Virus record (IMG/VR): IMGVR_UViG_3300024308_000018
Location: 124,001-188,000 of that record
Reading direction: 5' to 3' (one strand)
DNA length: 64,000 bases
The notes under the pieces were generated by a model that saw nothing but the letters and a program-made list of their open reading frames with translations, was not told the origin of the DNA and did no database searches. This document shows positions 63,672-64,000 of the stretch, in pieces. Each line of letters begins with the position of its first letter. Within the stretch, counting starts at the first letter, position 1. The position numbers were made by a program, and so were the translations under genes.

Positions 63672-63836
63672 CTAAATCACCCCGTTACCCATGAAGTCCA
63701 TGAGATCTTCGTAGTCGGAGATCGCAGCAGCCAGTTCCTCTATGCGTGCGTTGCTTTCGTCGTCCGTGTTGTCCAGTATGGCTTCGAGTTCAGCCAGCGC
63801 TGCTTGGTACGCGTCGTCGGTTTCAATCTTTTGCAT
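63672..63836 (-). CDS. 54-aa protein resembling the N-terminal domain of HigA antitoxin (not in the ORF track)
   Basis: GGGAG RBS; MQKIETDDAYQAALAELEAILDNTDDESNARIEELAAAISDYEDLMDFMGNGVI; stop abuts the DHFR ATG. Confidence 0.7.
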   Translation of the reverse strand: MQKIETDDAYQAALAELEAILDNTDDESNARIEELAAAISDYEDLMDFMGNGVI

Positions 63837-63999
63837 CTATAACTCCCTTGATGGTATTGACGCGGTGAATCGCAAGACCCTCATTGCGGGCTTTCACCAT
63901 CGTGTCCCAGAAGTTACCGCGCAGCGGGCACGCAATGGTCACGATGTCGCCGTTATCAGCACAGAAGATTTCGGCATTCCGTAGGCAGTCACCGTGGTG
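63823..63999 (-). CDS. partial CDS (3' end), possibly SLOG-like
   Basis: Open from the window edge: HHGDCLRNAEIF..IACP..W.T..AR..G; stop overlaps the next start. Confidence 0.5.
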   Translation of the reverse strand, partial: HHGDCLRNAEIFCADNGDIVTIACPLRGNFWDTMVKARNEGLAIHRVNTIKGVIDAKD

Positions 64000-64000
64000 G

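Noticed and set aside
1-64000. tRNA/rRNA genes, stop-codon recoding, major capsid, sheath and endolysin genes
   Set aside because: None recognised by eye; the genes read intact in the standard code. tRNAscan-SE and profile searches would be needed to exclude them.

Overview
This window looks like a 64-kb segment of a large (probably jumbo) contractile-tailed bacteriophage genome of a Gram-negative host. It is densely coding on the + strand up to ~61.96 kb, then convergent on the - strand. The gene order resembles RSL1/Lu11/PaBG-type myoviruses, but that placement is inference only. The modules, in order: (1) 0.4-7.1 kb, strongly codon-biased, extremely acidic and extremely basic (histone H1/AlgP-like) proteins, each behind a repeated AAWCTGTAAAYA-N6-GT promoter-like box often followed by a hairpin; (2) 8.2-11.9 kb, two-subunit type IIA topoisomerase; (3) 13.5-17.8 kb, HNH protein, Zn-finger protein, divergent sigma-factor-like protein and DnaB helicase; (4) 18.5-23.8 kb, terminase large subunit with a non-canonical intein in its Walker A motif, then portal; (5) 26-28 kb, 5'-3' exonuclease and a divergent macrodomain; (6) 29.6-60.5 kb, PAAR, baseplate, tail-fibre, four collagen proteins, lectin/Calx-beta adhesins and several paralog families, interrupted by a periplasmic-binding-protein/membrane-protein cassette; (7) 60.9-62 kb, holin/spanin-like lysis genes; (8) - strand, two paralogs, DHFR and a 54-aa HigA-N-terminus-like protein missing from the ORF track. 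The most promising leads are the promoter+hairpin regulon with its candidate sigma factor, a shared C-terminal GELELSSxV motif on two unrelated proteins, the exported solute-binding-protein cassette, the acidic/basic chromatin-like module and the orphan antitoxin mimic. All family assignments come from motif recognition by eye; no database searches were run. No tRNA, rRNA or CRISPR array was recognised.
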